A stretch of 64,000 bases of DNA from Acinetobacter phage vB_AbaM_14/CRR8: the sequence record PV611675.1. The stretch is one strand, 5' to 3'. Numbering within the stretch: position 1 is the first letter of the stretch; each line of letters opens with the position of its first letter. The translations under genes and the position numbers were made by a program. Under the pieces are notes generated by a model. It saw only the letters and a list, made by a program, of their open reading frames with translations, was not told the DNA's origin and did no database searches. Below, in pieces: positions 33,831 through 44,826 of the stretch.

Positions 33831-35825
33831 ATGACGACAAAGGTTGAAGTAGCTAAGTTTCTCTCTGTATTTGGCTTTGAGATTGATACGGCTCAACTAG
33901 AAAAGTTTGATGCTTTAACACGAGGTGTTAGGGCTTCAACAGTTAAATTAGCTCGTGATTTAAGAGCTACAAACACTCAACTTACTCAGGTATCATCTAA
34001 GTTAAAGTCTGTAAATAATGGACTTAATTCAGTTAACTCACGTAAGGGTACTAATAGTTTAGCTGGTGGTTATGCCAGTTTATCAAGAAACGTAAATGTG
34101 GCTCAAACTTCTTTAGTAAGGATGAACACAACAGTTTCAAATATTGAGCCTAAATTAACTCAGCAAGCTGTTACAGTTGCCAACCTTGCAAGGTCTTGGG
34201 GTCATTACTCTCGTGAAGTTAGACGTGCCAATGAAGATTTAAGAAACAGACCTACACATGTAACTCCTGTAAGACCTTCTAGGGCTGGGTTTGCTACAGG
34301 TGCTGTCGCTGGAGCTGCTGCAAGTAGTGGTAGAGGTGGAGGTGCTGGGGCTGGACTTTTAGGAGGCATGGTAGGTAGATTCGCTGGCAACTTTGCCCCT
34401 TCTGCTGCTTTAGCTGGTGGTGCAGTAACTGCTGGTTATGCTGCCAAAGAGTTGATTCAAGTTGGTCGTGAATATCGTAAGATGAGACAGGTATTACTTG
34501 CCTCTTCTGATTCTCAAGCTGAGTTCAACAGAAACTTAGATTATGCAGAGAAAGTGACAAACAGATTAGGTACTAACGTAATCGAGTTTGGTTCTGCTTA
34601 TGCTAAAACACTACAAGCTGCCAAAGGTAAGCTTACACTAGATCAGACAGAAAAGCTATTCGAACAATTCTCAGAGTTGATGGTAGTTTTAGGTTCTAGT
34701 GATGACGACCAGAAAGGTATCTTCCGAGCAATGTCACAGATGTTCTCGAAAGGTAAAATCCAGATGGAAGAGGTCAACCAGATGGCTGAACGTAACGTTC
34801 CAGCTCTGGCTATGTTGACACGAGCATATAAAGAACTTGGTATGACTCAGGATGAGTTTGAGAAAGCACAGAGGGAAGGTAAATTAGACCCTACCAAGTT
34901 CTTGCCACTATTTGGTAAATATGCTAGTGAGTTCGCTAGAAACAACGATGCCTTAAACAAAGCATTACAATCTAGTGTTACACAACAAGGTATCTTCATG
35001 AACCAAATGAGGAAACTTGCTGACCAAATCATGGAAGCTGGTTTAGATAAGTTACTTGGTCAAATGTTCCAAGGATTAACTAAATTAGGTACTGCTCTTA
35101 CACCACTAGTTATGTGGCTTGTTAAAGTAACTCTAGGATTTGTTGAGTTCACTAAAGCTATGGTTGACTGGTCTAAAGAACATCCGATTATCGCTGGTAT
35201 GTTACTTGGATTGATCGGTGGATTCATCGGCTTAGGTAAAGCAATGAGAGCTGGTGTTCCTTTAGCTTTGGCACTGTTTGGTGTTCTTATTAAAGGTTTA
35301 GCTGGACTTAAAGTTGCTCTGATCCGTACTGGTATCTTAGCTATTTTCGTTGCTGTCGGTGAAGTATTAGCTGCCCTTTATGAGCATATGAATGGTGAGA
35401 ATAACTGGTTGTCTGTAACTATCGCTTACTTATCGTTGTTTGGTGAAAACCTTAAGAACGTCTATGAAAACTTCATGATACTTATGGCAGCGATTAGAAG
35501 AGGTATTGGAGATAGCTTAATTGGTGAGTTCTTCTCTAAGTTATTCAACTTTGATTTTAGTACAGCATTTAATGGACCTAACTCTGGACAGAATTCTGGT
35601 AGGCCACAGTTATCACCTGTAGGTAGTACATTGGCTCAACAGAATCAAGCAGCGGAAAACTTAAGGAATAATACTGCACCTTATCAGAAGAGTTTACCTG
35701 CTCCAGCTAAGCCAGCCTTCTATGGCAGCTTTGATGCCAAGTATACTCTTGATGTTAAGAGTGGCAATCAAATCTTCTCTCAATCGAAGACACAAACCAT
35801 CAACTTAGGAGGATTGCAAAAATGA
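33831..35825 (+). CDS. tail tape measure protein (about 665 aa)
   Basis: N-terminal coiled coil, Gly/Ala-rich tract and several TM-like segments in the C-terminal half. Confidence 0.75.
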   Translation: MTTKVEVAKFLSVFGFEIDTAQLEKFDALTRGVRASTVKLARDLRATNTQLTQVSSKLKSVNNGLNSVNSRKGTNSLAGGYASLSRNVNVAQTSLVRMNTTVSNIEPKLTQQAVTVANLARSWGHYSREVRRANEDLRNRPTHVTPVRPSRAGFATGAVAGAAASSGRGGGAGAGLLGGMVGRFAGNFAPSAALAGGAVTAGYAAKELIQVGREYRKMRQVLLASSDSQAEFNRNLDYAEKVTNRLGTNVIEFGSAYAKTLQAAKGKLTLDQTEKLFEQFSELMVVLGSSDDDQKGIFRAMSQMFSKGKIQMEEVNQMAERNVPALAMLTRAYKELGMTQDEFEKAQREGKLDPTKFLPLFGKYASEFARNNDALNKALQSSVTQQGIFMNQMRKLADQIMEAGLDKLLGQMFQGLTKLGTALTPLVMWLVKVTLGFVEFTKAMVDWSKEHPIIAGMLLGLIGGFIGLGKAMRAGVPLALALFGVLIKGLAGLKVALIRTGILAIFVAVGEVLAALYEHMNGENNWLSVTIAYLSLFGENLKNVYENFMILMAAIRRGIGDSLIGEFFSKLFNFDFSTAFNGPNSGQNSGRPQLSPVGSTLAQQNQAAENLRNNTAPYQKSLPAPAKPAFYGSFDAKYTLDVKSGNQIFSQSKTQTINLGGLQK

Positions 35826-36763
35826 TTTATTCCTTAGTAATCCTCAATGAGAAGGGTGAAATTCAGGAAACAATCTCTTTTGACGCTATTACAAGATTTA
35901 CCAAAGGTATGTCTTCTAGCGTCTCGCAGAGTCCTGTCGAAGAGGGTTTCAGTGTTTCAGATCACGTAACCAAGGGCAACACAAAATTCTCTATTAGTGC
36001 TGTCGTTTCAGATTCATTATTTATGAGGAAAGGGGCAACCTTGCAATATGTCAATGGTAGATTTGTGAGGTTGTATGAGGATGTTGACCCTATCACAGAT
36101 GAATCTCCTTCCAAGGCTATGCAAGCTAGACTTGAAGCCATTTGGGAGAAGAGTGAAATCTTTGGATTATTTGAGTCAAAAACCTCTTCTGAAACTAACG
36201 TTGTTAACCTGATTTACCCTTGTGTCTTAACAGACTTAAGCTTTGAAGAGACGGATGGTTCTGAAGCGGTCTATCCGAATATGACATTCGAAAAGATCAG
36301 AGTCACGAAAGTTGAGACTACAGTTGTTGAGAACCCATCACCTCACTTAATCCCTTATGTTAAGACAAGTAATGCTGGTAATCAAACTGGAGCCACTGGA
36401 GTTGCAGAATTGAGTGGTACAAAGGTTGATGATACGGACTTGATCAAACAAGCCAAAGAGGGTAATAAAGACTTGGTGCAAAAGGTTGTCCCTAAAGAGA
36501 AATCTTGGGCTGACAATAAAGTTGCTGAGATCAATAAGAGACGTGATGAAATGAGGTATACCAATGAAGCTGAGCGTAAGTTCAGGGAAGGCTATAGTAG
36601 CGGAAGGTATAACTTCAACCAGAAAGGCGAGTACACCAAAGCTTATGTTGACACAGCTATGAAGAAGCAGTATGGCGCTGGATGGCAGACAACTTCTGGT
36701 TCACCTAAAGCTCCAGTTACATCTACTGTTGCTGGTGGCGGTACTTGGAATCAAAAACAATGA
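35822..36763 (+). CDS. tail tip or baseplate protein (313 aa)
   Basis: position after the tape measure gene; GGAGG RBS. Confidence 0.4.
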   Translation: MIYSLVILNEKGEIQETISFDAITRFTKGMSSSVSQSPVEEGFSVSDHVTKGNTKFSISAVVSDSLFMRKGATLQYVNGRFVRLYEDVDPITDESPSKAMQARLEAIWEKSEIFGLFESKTSSETNVVNLIYPCVLTDLSFEETDGSEAVYPNMTFEKIRVTKVETTVVENPSPHLIPYVKTSNAGNQTGATGVAELSGTKVDDTDLIKQAKEGNKDLVQKVVPKEKSWADNKVAEINKRRDEMRYTNEAERKFREGYSSGRYNFNQKGEYTKAYVDTAMKKQYGAGWQTTSGSPKAPVTSTVAGGGTWNQKQ

Positions 36764-37098
36764 GTTCATATTTCAATTATGCGTGGGTAGAGTTGCAAGA
36801 CCTACCTACTTACACATTCTTTGCCTCTTGTTTTGAGAAGACTCTTACGTTTAAGGTCACTTGGATTGAGAGGATAAAAAGACGAGCAATTTCTGTAGTA
36901 GGTAGTGACGGCACTGTCTACTTACAAAACACAGTTATATCTCTTAATGAGCCTCTGGATTTTAATATGAATGCTGTTAGTGATGGTTACGAATGTAGCT
37001 TGATCTTGCAGAAGGACCCAGAGTCTTCTAAAGAGATTGATTACTACAATTGGTCAAAGTCGATGTACTTGACTGTCTTTAGGATTACGGAGGATTGA
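36760..37098 (+). CDS. hypothetical protein (112 aa)
   Basis: ATGA overlap with the previous gene. Confidence 0.35.
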   Translation: MSSYFNYAWVELQDLPTYTFFASCFEKTLTFKVTWIERIKRRAISVVGSDGTVYLQNTVISLNEPLDFNMNAVSDGYECSLILQKDPESSKEIDYYNWSKSMYLTVFRITED

Positions 37099-37099
37099 T

Positions 37100-38380
37100 A
37101 TGATCGGTGATGATATCCAATGGGGTAGATATGCAGAGGTGACATTTACCAACTTCAATACTGGTGTCGTCACTTCTATCAAAAGTAGTCAGATTGACAA
37201 TAACAACAATGTTATCGGTGATGGGTTGAGGATCACATTTGAATACACCAAGAATGATGATGAAGGCAACAACTCACCGAACGGTAAGATTGTTATCTAT
37301 GGTTTAACAGAGATGACCTTCAAAAACCTTGGTGAACGGATGAAGGCTGAAGTTGAACTGAAAGCTGGATACCTTAGATCAAAAAGAAATTCACCAAGGC
37401 AGTTATTCTATGCTGTATTAATGGATAAGACTTATGAGTTACAAGGTGGCACAAGTGTTACTACAATCACCGTTCTTGGAGACTTCATTAACAAGAATGT
37501 TGGAACTCAGATGTCAATGAACCTACCTAAACCAACGATGGCAATGATCATGGCATCTATTGCTGAGGCAATGGGTAAGGGTATGGCCCTATACCTTAAC
37601 AGTCCAAACGAAAATGACAACTTAATGGTTGCCGAATATTTTGAAAAGTGGGTTGTCTCTCCATATGGGTATTCATTCTCAAGTACACCACAACAGGAAT
37701 TGAAACGACTTAGAGATGCATATGGTATCACATATCGAGTTGAGAAGGATATGGTGGTGTACGGTATCTTGGATAAGGCTTATCAATGGCACTTGGATGG
37801 TGCTAGGCAAATCTCAGAAAATGAAAGACGTATAGCTGAAACAGCTTTAGTCGCTGAGAATAAAATTGCACAGCAAGTTGTAGAGCCTAAACCTATACCA
37901 CAGAAAGAAGTCAAAATTGATTTGTTAAGCACACATGCTCTCGTATTGTCATCTGCAACTGGTCTGATTGGATCACCTGTTCTTGTTAACAAGATTGAAG
38001 ATAAGAACTACAGCGAAGGGTTAGCTGAAGGTGAAGAAGTTTGGGAGAAAAAATACTCCAAACCTTTGATTGATAAAAAGACTGGTAAGGCTCGTGTAGA
38101 CAAGAAGACGGGTAAAGTTAAGATGTCTAAGACTCCTAAGAAATATAAGGTTTCTAGACAGACAGTTGAGGCAAGGTGTTTTATTAATGCAAGCTTAAAT
38201 TTCGACTGTCAAGTATCAATTGTGACACCTTCTGGTATTACGGATGGCGTGTATAGGATCAGAAACTTGAAAATTAGTGGAGATACCGATGCCAGTGGAC
38301 CTTGGTATATGGATACTGAGTTAAACGGTGAAGGTTACTCAAGTAAAGACTTACAGAATTTAGGAAAATCAAATGGATGA
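37100..38380 (+). CDS. baseplate hub or late-control D-like protein (426 aa)
   Basis: size and position between tape measure and the V/W/J-like genes. Confidence 0.4.
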   Translation: MIGDDIQWGRYAEVTFTNFNTGVVTSIKSSQIDNNNNVIGDGLRITFEYTKNDDEGNNSPNGKIVIYGLTEMTFKNLGERMKAEVELKAGYLRSKRNSPRQLFYAVLMDKTYELQGGTSVTTITVLGDFINKNVGTQMSMNLPKPTMAMIMASIAEAMGKGMALYLNSPNENDNLMVAEYFEKWVVSPYGYSFSSTPQQELKRLRDAYGITYRVEKDMVVYGILDKAYQWHLDGARQISENERRIAETALVAENKIAQQVVEPKPIPQKEVKIDLLSTHALVLSSATGLIGSPVLVNKIEDKNYSEGLAEGEEVWEKKYSKPLIDKKTGKARVDKKTGKVKMSKTPKKYKVSRQTVEARCFINASLNFDCQVSIVTPSGITDGVYRIRNLKISGDTDASGPWYMDTELNGEGYSSKDLQNLGKSNG

Positions 38381-39137
38381 AGTAATCACATTACAACTTA
38401 ATAATGAAGTTGTTGAAAGTGGTTCAAGTGAAGAAATTCATTTGGAGCCTATCTTAAACAACTTCATGGACGACTATATGAGGGAGTTAAAATTCTGTCT
38501 AGTCGGTAGGATTGTTAACGTTCAACACGCTGAAGAATTGAGAGTCGATGTACAACCTTTAAATATGCCTAAGTACAATGATGGTACAACAAAGAAGATG
38601 CCATTGATTACGAACATTCCAATGTTTTGTTATGGTACAGAAAACAGTGCTGTTCTGTTCACGCCAAAGCAAGGTCAAACTGTTATGGTCTTATTCTCCC
38701 AATTAAGTCTAGATGAATTTAAAGGTGGCAGTACAGAGCCTTATGAAGCTAGAAGTAATAGGAAGATGGATGGTCAAGATGCTATTGCATTGCCAAGTAT
38801 ATTTCCATTTAACAGAAGTCCGAATAACAAATTGGCTCACTTCACAGAACACTCACTAGATGATTTAACTGTAGTACATAACTTAGGTACATCTCGTGAA
38901 AATAAGGTGATCTTAAAAAGGGATGGTAGCCTTCAAATTAATAGCCCTAAGTCAGTTGATATTGATGCACCTGTCACCAACGTTTCAAAAGACTTAAATG
39001 TTAAAGGGCTGTTGAACGTAGGTATTGATGTGAAGATCGCTGGACGTAGTGTTAAGACATTTATGGAAACTCATAGCCATAACTATACAGACGATGGTAA
39101 TCCAATGGTTACTGCACCGCCTAATCCAACAGCATAG
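38373..39137 (+). CDS. baseplate spike (gpV-like) candidate (254 aa)
   Basis: position immediately before the W-like and J-like genes. Confidence 0.35.
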   Translation: MDEVITLQLNNEVVESGSSEEIHLEPILNNFMDDYMRELKFCLVGRIVNVQHAEELRVDVQPLNMPKYNDGTTKKMPLITNIPMFCYGTENSAVLFTPKQGQTVMVLFSQLSLDEFKGGSTEPYEARSNRKMDGQDAIALPSIFPFNRSPNNKLAHFTEHSLDDLTVVHNLGTSRENKVILKRDGSLQINSPKSVDIDAPVTNVSKDLNVKGLLNVGIDVKIAGRSVKTFMETHSHNYTDDGNPMVTAPPNPTA

Positions 39138-39146
39138 GAGACTCAT

Positions 39147-39530
39147 ATGGACATTTTAATGCAAGGAGGTGCTACTGCACTAGTTGGCGGTAAACTATTG
39201 CTTACAGCTTCACGTGGGGCCTCTCTAGCACAAAGATTAGTTATTCGATTGAATACATTCTTAGGTTCTTGGTTTTTGAACGAGAACCTTGGTATTGACT
39301 ACTTTAATAAAGTATTCGAAAAGACAATTCCTAAATCCTCAATTGATGCAACCTTTCAAACAGCAATTTATGCAGATAACAGGGTTGAAACAATTACTCA
39401 TTTCAGTAGCCATGTGAAAGCTAACATATACCACATGGAATTCAAAGTAAAGGCCAGAGATGGTGTCGTGAGTGATATGGTAGATGTAACAGTCACAAAT
39501 AATGGTATTACGATTAATGTTGGAGCTTAA
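39147..39530 (+). CDS. baseplate wedge gpW/gp25-like candidate (127 aa)
   Basis: size and position directly upstream of the J-like gene. Confidence 0.4.
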   Translation: MDILMQGGATALVGGKLLLTASRGASLAQRLVIRLNTFLGSWFLNENLGIDYFNKVFEKTIPKSSIDATFQTAIYADNRVETITHFSSHVKANIYHMEFKVKARDGVVSDMVDVTVTNNGITINVGA

Positions 39531-39532
39531 AT

Positions 39533-40975
39533 ATGGCAGTTTTAAATGACAAGGGTGTAGAAATCCAGAAATTGGACGGCATCCTAAAAGAATTACAAGA
39601 TATTGCTAGACGTAGGTTTGCAGACTTAATCAAACCTGACGACGAGCTAGATGTTAGTGAAGTTTCTATCTTAGGTAGAATATTAGCTACAGTGGCTGAG
39701 CCTGAAGCATTCAATGAAGAACTCCTTTTGATGTTATGGCAGTCACTTGACCCAGAACAAGCTGAAGGTATTTTCCTAGACAAGATTCTTGGATTGTCTG
39801 GCATCTTCCGTAAGAATGAAATCAGCGGATTCTCTGGCCTCATCCTTGAAGGTAACATCGGTGTAACAGTACCAGAAAGAAGTTTAGTTTCTAGTACAAT
39901 CACAGGTGACGTATTCGAGACTACAAACGATGTAGTGTTTGGTTTAGAGAATGCTTGTGGTGTTGTTCTACAGATTCCAAATACTACACCAGATCAGACA
40001 TATTCTCTTGGTTACACAGGTACTTATGGTCAAAATAAGTTTCCAACAATCTCATCAAGAAGTGTTGCTGGCGACACCAAGAATATGATCGCTAGACGTT
40101 TCGCTGAAACTGTAAATAGCTCATCAACTCTTCTATACGCTACTGTGGATAATGACGATAACGTTGTTGTTCGATTCCTTAACCTAAACACTGTAGGTTA
40201 CTTTAGTTTAACTGGGAGTTCGTTTAAAGCCATTAAATCATTCATGCCAGTTTCTAGCATCTCAGTAACTGCTGATGCTGGAGTACAAGCTGCTGATACA
40301 TTAACGGTGATGCAAACTCCTGTAATTGGTTGGGTAGGTGTTACTAATCCGTTTGACTCGATTGCTAGTGAACCTAAAGAGGATGACTCTACATTCAGAA
40401 CTAGAGGTAGAATTTCTAAAGCTATGAAGTCTACTGGTAATAGGGTATCTCTTTACACAGAACTCTATTCATTGAATGGTGTCAGATATGTAAACGTACA
40501 GGAAAACATCTATGATAACACAATTAACGGCATTACACCAAAAGGTATTGCTGTTGTTGTATTGGGTGGAGATGATCAAGAAATTGCAGATGTGATCAAG
40601 AGAAACATACCAATTGGTTGTGTTACGAACGGTAATATCGTAGTCCCTATTGTAGATGGTGCAGGTACAGTAGACATTAAGTTTAGTAGACCTGAGTATG
40701 TACAGATCGAAATGAAGATCGGATTACAAACAAATTCAGCATTCCCACAAAATGGTAAGACATTGATTCAAGAAGCTATCGTGAGATACTTCGAGACATT
40801 AGAAGTTGGGGATGATGTTGAGTGGTCAAAACTATTCAATCCTATTAACGAGATTAGAGGACAAAGTGTTAATAGTTTACTTATTGGTGTTAAAGGTCAG
40901 CAACTAGCTACTGGAAACATCTTAATTAGCTACAACCAATTACCTATCATCTCATTTGAAGATATCGAAGTTTAA
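39533..40975 (+). CDS. baseplate J-like protein (480 aa)
   Basis: size and V-W-J-I gene order. Confidence 0.45.
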   Translation: MAVLNDKGVEIQKLDGILKELQDIARRRFADLIKPDDELDVSEVSILGRILATVAEPEAFNEELLLMLWQSLDPEQAEGIFLDKILGLSGIFRKNEISGFSGLILEGNIGVTVPERSLVSSTITGDVFETTNDVVFGLENACGVVLQIPNTTPDQTYSLGYTGTYGQNKFPTISSRSVAGDTKNMIARRFAETVNSSSTLLYATVDNDDNVVVRFLNLNTVGYFSLTGSSFKAIKSFMPVSSISVTADAGVQAADTLTVMQTPVIGWVGVTNPFDSIASEPKEDDSTFRTRGRISKAMKSTGNRVSLYTELYSLNGVRYVNVQENIYDNTINGITPKGIAVVVLGGDDQEIADVIKRNIPIGCVTNGNIVVPIVDGAGTVDIKFSRPEYVQIEMKIGLQTNSAFPQNGKTLIQEAIVRYFETLEVGDDVEWSKLFNPINEIRGQSVNSLLIGVKGQQLATGNILISYNQLPIISFEDIEV

Positions 40976-40986
40976 GAGAGGTTCTT

Positions 40987-42462
40987 ATGGACAAGATTGA
41001 TTATGCATCTTTAGCAAAGTCAAGGTATACAAGCCAATTTGAGAAAGATAAGGTATATGATGCCATCATTCAAACTATCATTGAATACAAGCTTAAAACT
41101 CAAGATTTATATATCAATTTTGCTGAGACAATTCTCGATATTGACAAATCTACAGGAAAGAACTTGGACCTCATTGGTAATATTGTAGGTCAGCCAAGAA
41201 TATTGGTTGACTTCAGTATTGAGAAGTACTTCGGCTTCTTGGGTAATCCAAGAGCTGAACCTTACGATAAAGGTTTATGGTATGACATGTACAGCACTAA
41301 AGGTGCTGATTCAAGAGTACTTAATGATGAGGAATATAGAAGAATTATTAAGGCCAGAATTATTAGGAATAAGACAAACTGTAATCGTGAAGATTTCATT
41401 AAAATTTTAAATCTTATTCTTAATGTTGACCCTAATCAAACCTACAAAAACATTCTTTCTAACAGTAACTTTACATCACCTCTACTTACAGGCAATGCAA
41501 CATACACAGTTACCAAGGGTGTTACATTTAGCGATCCATCCCAAGTTGAGGTAACAAGTACATGGGTTGCACCAAACTTGATTACAAATGGCGCTCAAGA
41601 AGTTACTGGAGGCAGCGCATCACTCCCTGAGTATACACTTTGGAGACGTTCTGCCGAATTGAACTCAGCATACAGTAAAGGTGCTATTGATATCTCTTTT
41701 GATATCAAAGTGTCAAATGTAGGTAATGTCCAAGTTTATTCACAGAATAATACTCCAGATTGGTCATTCACTGTATTAACTAATGTTGATGTGGCAAACA
41801 CTTACGTTAGAAGGACTGTAAGAGTTACACCAACTAGGAATACAGCAAATAATACTGGACAGTCTTCTCTTGAATTCTATGGATTAGCCTCAACTGGTCG
41901 AGTGGTGACAGTTAAGAATGTTGTTATCCAATTAGTGTCTCAACTCACAACAACAATGAGTTTTAACACAAATGTTAAAGCTACTAAATTGGTATCTGGT
42001 AAAGCTTACTCTATCTCAATGAAGGTAGCAAGTAACACAGCAACCAATTCAATGAGTGTTACTGCGAAGGGTGCTAATACGAACGCTCAAAACATTATTG
42101 TATCTCAATCTATATCTAGTCGGGACCCGAAGAGTCCACAACAAATCAGAGTGAACTTTACATCTAATATCACAACTGATGTTGCAGATTTTACAGTGAT
42201 CTTCTCAGGGAAATCTGGAGATAAGTTTTGGGTTTCAGAAATGCAAGTTGTAGAGGGTTCGCAAACAACTACCCCACCTTGGAGTCCATCAAAGTATGAC
42301 TCGCCTAGATATTCTATTGGTAATCCTAGCCACGGGAACATTGATTTGACTGTCAATAATTATGCAGGGGATTTAGGTGTACACTTCCTATCTAACTTTG
42401 AGAAGACAGGTGACTTAATTCCTGTGCCACTAGGTTATAAGTTAAGCGTTTATATGCAATGA
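40987..42462 (+). CDS. baseplate or tail fibre protein (491 aa)
   Basis: shares a ...GNVQVYSQ... and ...LEFYGLASTGRVVTVKNV... motif with a repeat of the giant fibre (...VQVYSSNGS...LEFYGVYGTGRIPTVRKV...). Confidence 0.45.
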   Translation: MDKIDYASLAKSRYTSQFEKDKVYDAIIQTIIEYKLKTQDLYINFAETILDIDKSTGKNLDLIGNIVGQPRILVDFSIEKYFGFLGNPRAEPYDKGLWYDMYSTKGADSRVLNDEEYRRIIKARIIRNKTNCNREDFIKILNLILNVDPNQTYKNILSNSNFTSPLLTGNATYTVTKGVTFSDPSQVEVTSTWVAPNLITNGAQEVTGGSASLPEYTLWRRSAELNSAYSKGAIDISFDIKVSNVGNVQVYSQNNTPDWSFTVLTNVDVANTYVRRTVRVTPTRNTANNTGQSSLEFYGLASTGRVVTVKNVVIQLVSQLTTTMSFNTNVKATKLVSGKAYSISMKVASNTATNSMSVTAKGANTNAQNIIVSQSISSRDPKSPQQIRVNFTSNITTDVADFTVIFSGKSGDKFWVSEMQVVEGSQTTTPPWSPSKYDSPRYSIGNPSHGNIDLTVNNYAGDLGVHFLSNFEKTGDLIPVPLGYKLSVYMQ

Positions 42463-42469
42463 GGTTAAG

Positions 42470-43330
42470 ATGAGATTAATGATTTCTGCCTTCTTTAATG
42501 TTGGCTCATGGGACCGTAGATACCTTTTAAACAAAGAATCTACAGGTTGGTTCGAAGGTAACTTAACCGACCAAGGTCTTGATAGATGTGGTGATAGTTA
42601 CTGGTACTCTGGTGTACACATCGGTTCAGGGATGGCAGATGTCAGCGATACAGCTATCTCACTCTCAAGCCCATTTAAATACCTAAGTGAACCTTTCACA
42701 GATGAATCAAAATCTTTTATTGAGGATGACAAAATCATCTGGGAAAGGGAAATTACATATAAGGTTGAAAATGAGGACATCCCTACAGTAAGTGAGATTT
42801 CTGCTTCTTGGGATAGTGATATTAAAACGTCTGTAGCTTTAGCTAATCTTCCAAAGACAATTAGTCTAGGTGTTGACGACGATTTGATTGTTAAGGTTAA
42901 GTTGGTTGTTAAGCAATCTGCGACAGAGACATTCTCAGGTTCGATAGATTTTGGTGCATCTATCCATTCTTATATTATTAAACCTTGCTACTATAAAAAG
43001 TTTGATAATTTCTTTATTGGTAATGCACTATCACAAAAAGATGGTCGTGTCTACAGTGGTTCAATTCCTTCAGACCTGACATTGGAACCTGAAGGCTCTA
43101 TCGATGCTAACTTAGCGATCTATGATGTATACACATTCAATGCTCGTAGTCGCACATTCTCAAACTTTTTCACTTTAAGTAGTCCCAATTCCGCTACTAA
43201 GACTGCCACTTCACATACTATTGGTATTCCAAGTGCATATGGTGTCGAGTTTGATCCACCAATCGATAAAAGCTTTAACAGAGAACTGACTTTAAATTAC
43301 GTATTAAAATGGGAGAGAGATAATGGCTAA
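42470..43330 (+). CDS. tail fibre-associated protein (286 aa)
   Basis: ORF in the fibre region. Confidence 0.35.
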   Translation: MRLMISAFFNVGSWDRRYLLNKESTGWFEGNLTDQGLDRCGDSYWYSGVHIGSGMADVSDTAISLSSPFKYLSEPFTDESKSFIEDDKIIWEREITYKVENEDIPTVSEISASWDSDIKTSVALANLPKTISLGVDDDLIVKVKLVVKQSATETFSGSIDFGASIHSYIIKPCYYKKFDNFFIGNALSQKDGRVYSGSIPSDLTLEPEGSIDANLAIYDVYTFNARSRTFSNFFTLSSPNSATKTATSHTIGIPSAYGVEFDPPIDKSFNRELTLNYVLKWERDNG

Positions 43331-44405
43331 GATTCAAAAACCTGACTTTACAACTTTGTGGGCTTCACAAGGTAACGTGCAAGCTCCTGACATTTCACAA
43401 GTATTGAGTGGTTGGCAATTAAATCAATTCCCACCATCTAACGTTACTAACTATCAGATGAATAAAGTTGAGTCTGCCATTGCTTACCTATTCCAAATGG
43501 GTATCTCTGAATGGACAGATAAGATTGAGTTCCAACCTAATAGTCTGGCTATGCATCCAAAGGACGGATTAGTCTATAGATCAAAAACTGTGAACAAAGG
43601 TAAGGACCCTCAAACTTCTGGCACAGACTGGGCTATCGCTTTTGATAAGTATGGCGCATCTGAAGACTTAAGACAAGAGGTCATTAAGATTATGTCACAA
43701 GATGGTTACTTACCATTCTATGTGAAAGTCTCTGACCCTGTAATGAATGGCCCAGCTAAAGCTCCTACATTTAGAGCTAACGTAGGTGCTCCATCTGGCG
43801 CTGTAGGTTATGGATTTGCGAACTATTTAACTACAGGTATGTTCAGCCAAGGTGGTGATCTATTACTTGCTGCTGGTGGTAATGTACAAGGACGTATTAA
43901 ATCAGTACCTCCAACTCTGGAAATGAATGACAATACTCTTGTCACAACAGCACTTCTTAAAAAAGTTATTGAAGAGATAAAGATTGCTTCTCAGTTACCT
44001 GTCGGTATGTCTATTATCTCGAACAACAAAGCCAACCCATCTACATACTTAGGTTACGGTACATGGGTTCAAGATATGCAAGGTAAGGCATTGGTTGGTG
44101 TTGTATCTAATGCTGGTACTGATATGCCTGATTGGGTTAAGTATGTAGATAGTACATCTGGCGATAGCTACACAACTAAACTTGATGTTAAAAACTTGCC
44201 ATCATTCAGAGCCAACATTCTACTTAACACATGGGTAGGTGGTGACGATGCTAGTGGTGAGGGTGCTATCTTGACAGCTAACCGTGAATGGAGATCAGGT
44301 ACTCAGATGCCTGATAAATCATATGCTGATTTCCAAGGTGAAAACTTGCCATTCAGTAATGTTCAGCCATCACAAACTAAGTTCATTTGGACTAGAACAG
44401 CATAG
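43323..44405 (+). CDS. tail fibre protein candidate (360 aa)
   Basis: Gly-rich C-terminus; last structural gene before the lysis cassette. Confidence 0.4.
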   Translation: MAKIQKPDFTTLWASQGNVQAPDISQVLSGWQLNQFPPSNVTNYQMNKVESAIAYLFQMGISEWTDKIEFQPNSLAMHPKDGLVYRSKTVNKGKDPQTSGTDWAIAFDKYGASEDLRQEVIKIMSQDGYLPFYVKVSDPVMNGPAKAPTFRANVGAPSGAVGYGFANYLTTGMFSQGGDLLLAAGGNVQGRIKSVPPTLEMNDNTLVTTALLKKVIEEIKIASQLPVGMSIISNNKANPSTYLGYGTWVQDMQGKALVGVVSNAGTDMPDWVKYVDSTSGDSYTTKLDVKNLPSFRANILLNTWVGGDDASGEGAILTANREWRSGTQMPDKSYADFQGENLPFSNVQPSQTKFIWTRTA

Positions 44406-44413
44406 GAGACGTA

Positions 44414-44815
44414 ATGGAATTTCTGACAAGCTTCATGGCTTTCGCTAAGGGCATATTCCCTGCCACTATTGGTTCGGTAGTAGCTGTTTGGCGAAAGCGT
44501 AATGAAGTTAATTTCAGGGAGATGGATGCTTACCAAAAAGCATCTATGATCCTTGTGGCACTGTTTGCCATCTTAGTAGGTGTTTGTATAGGTAAGTGGG
44601 TTGGAGGCGCTGTTGCAGCTTACTACACTACTACACCAATCATTACAACACTAATTGAATTTGTAACAGCCCTAAATGGACTTAAGATCGTAGATAGTGC
44701 AATCAAGAGTGTTGAAGCTGCTTTAGATATCGTTACCAAGAACGTTCCCGTCCTAGTAGGGAATGTTGTTGAACTAATCTCCGATAAAATCGAAAAGATT
44801 TTCGGTAAGAAATAA
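44414..44815 (+). CDS. holin-like membrane protein (133 aa)
   Basis: 2-3 predicted TM helices; charged C-terminus; AGGAG RBS; upstream of the endolysin. Confidence 0.5.
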   Translation: MEFLTSFMAFAKGIFPATIGSVVAVWRKRNEVNFREMDAYQKASMILVALFAILVGVCIGKWVGGAVAAYYTTTPIITTLIEFVTALNGLKIVDSAIKSVEAALDIVTKNVPVLVGNVVELISDKIEKIFGKK

Positions 44816-44826
44816 AAGGTGAATAT

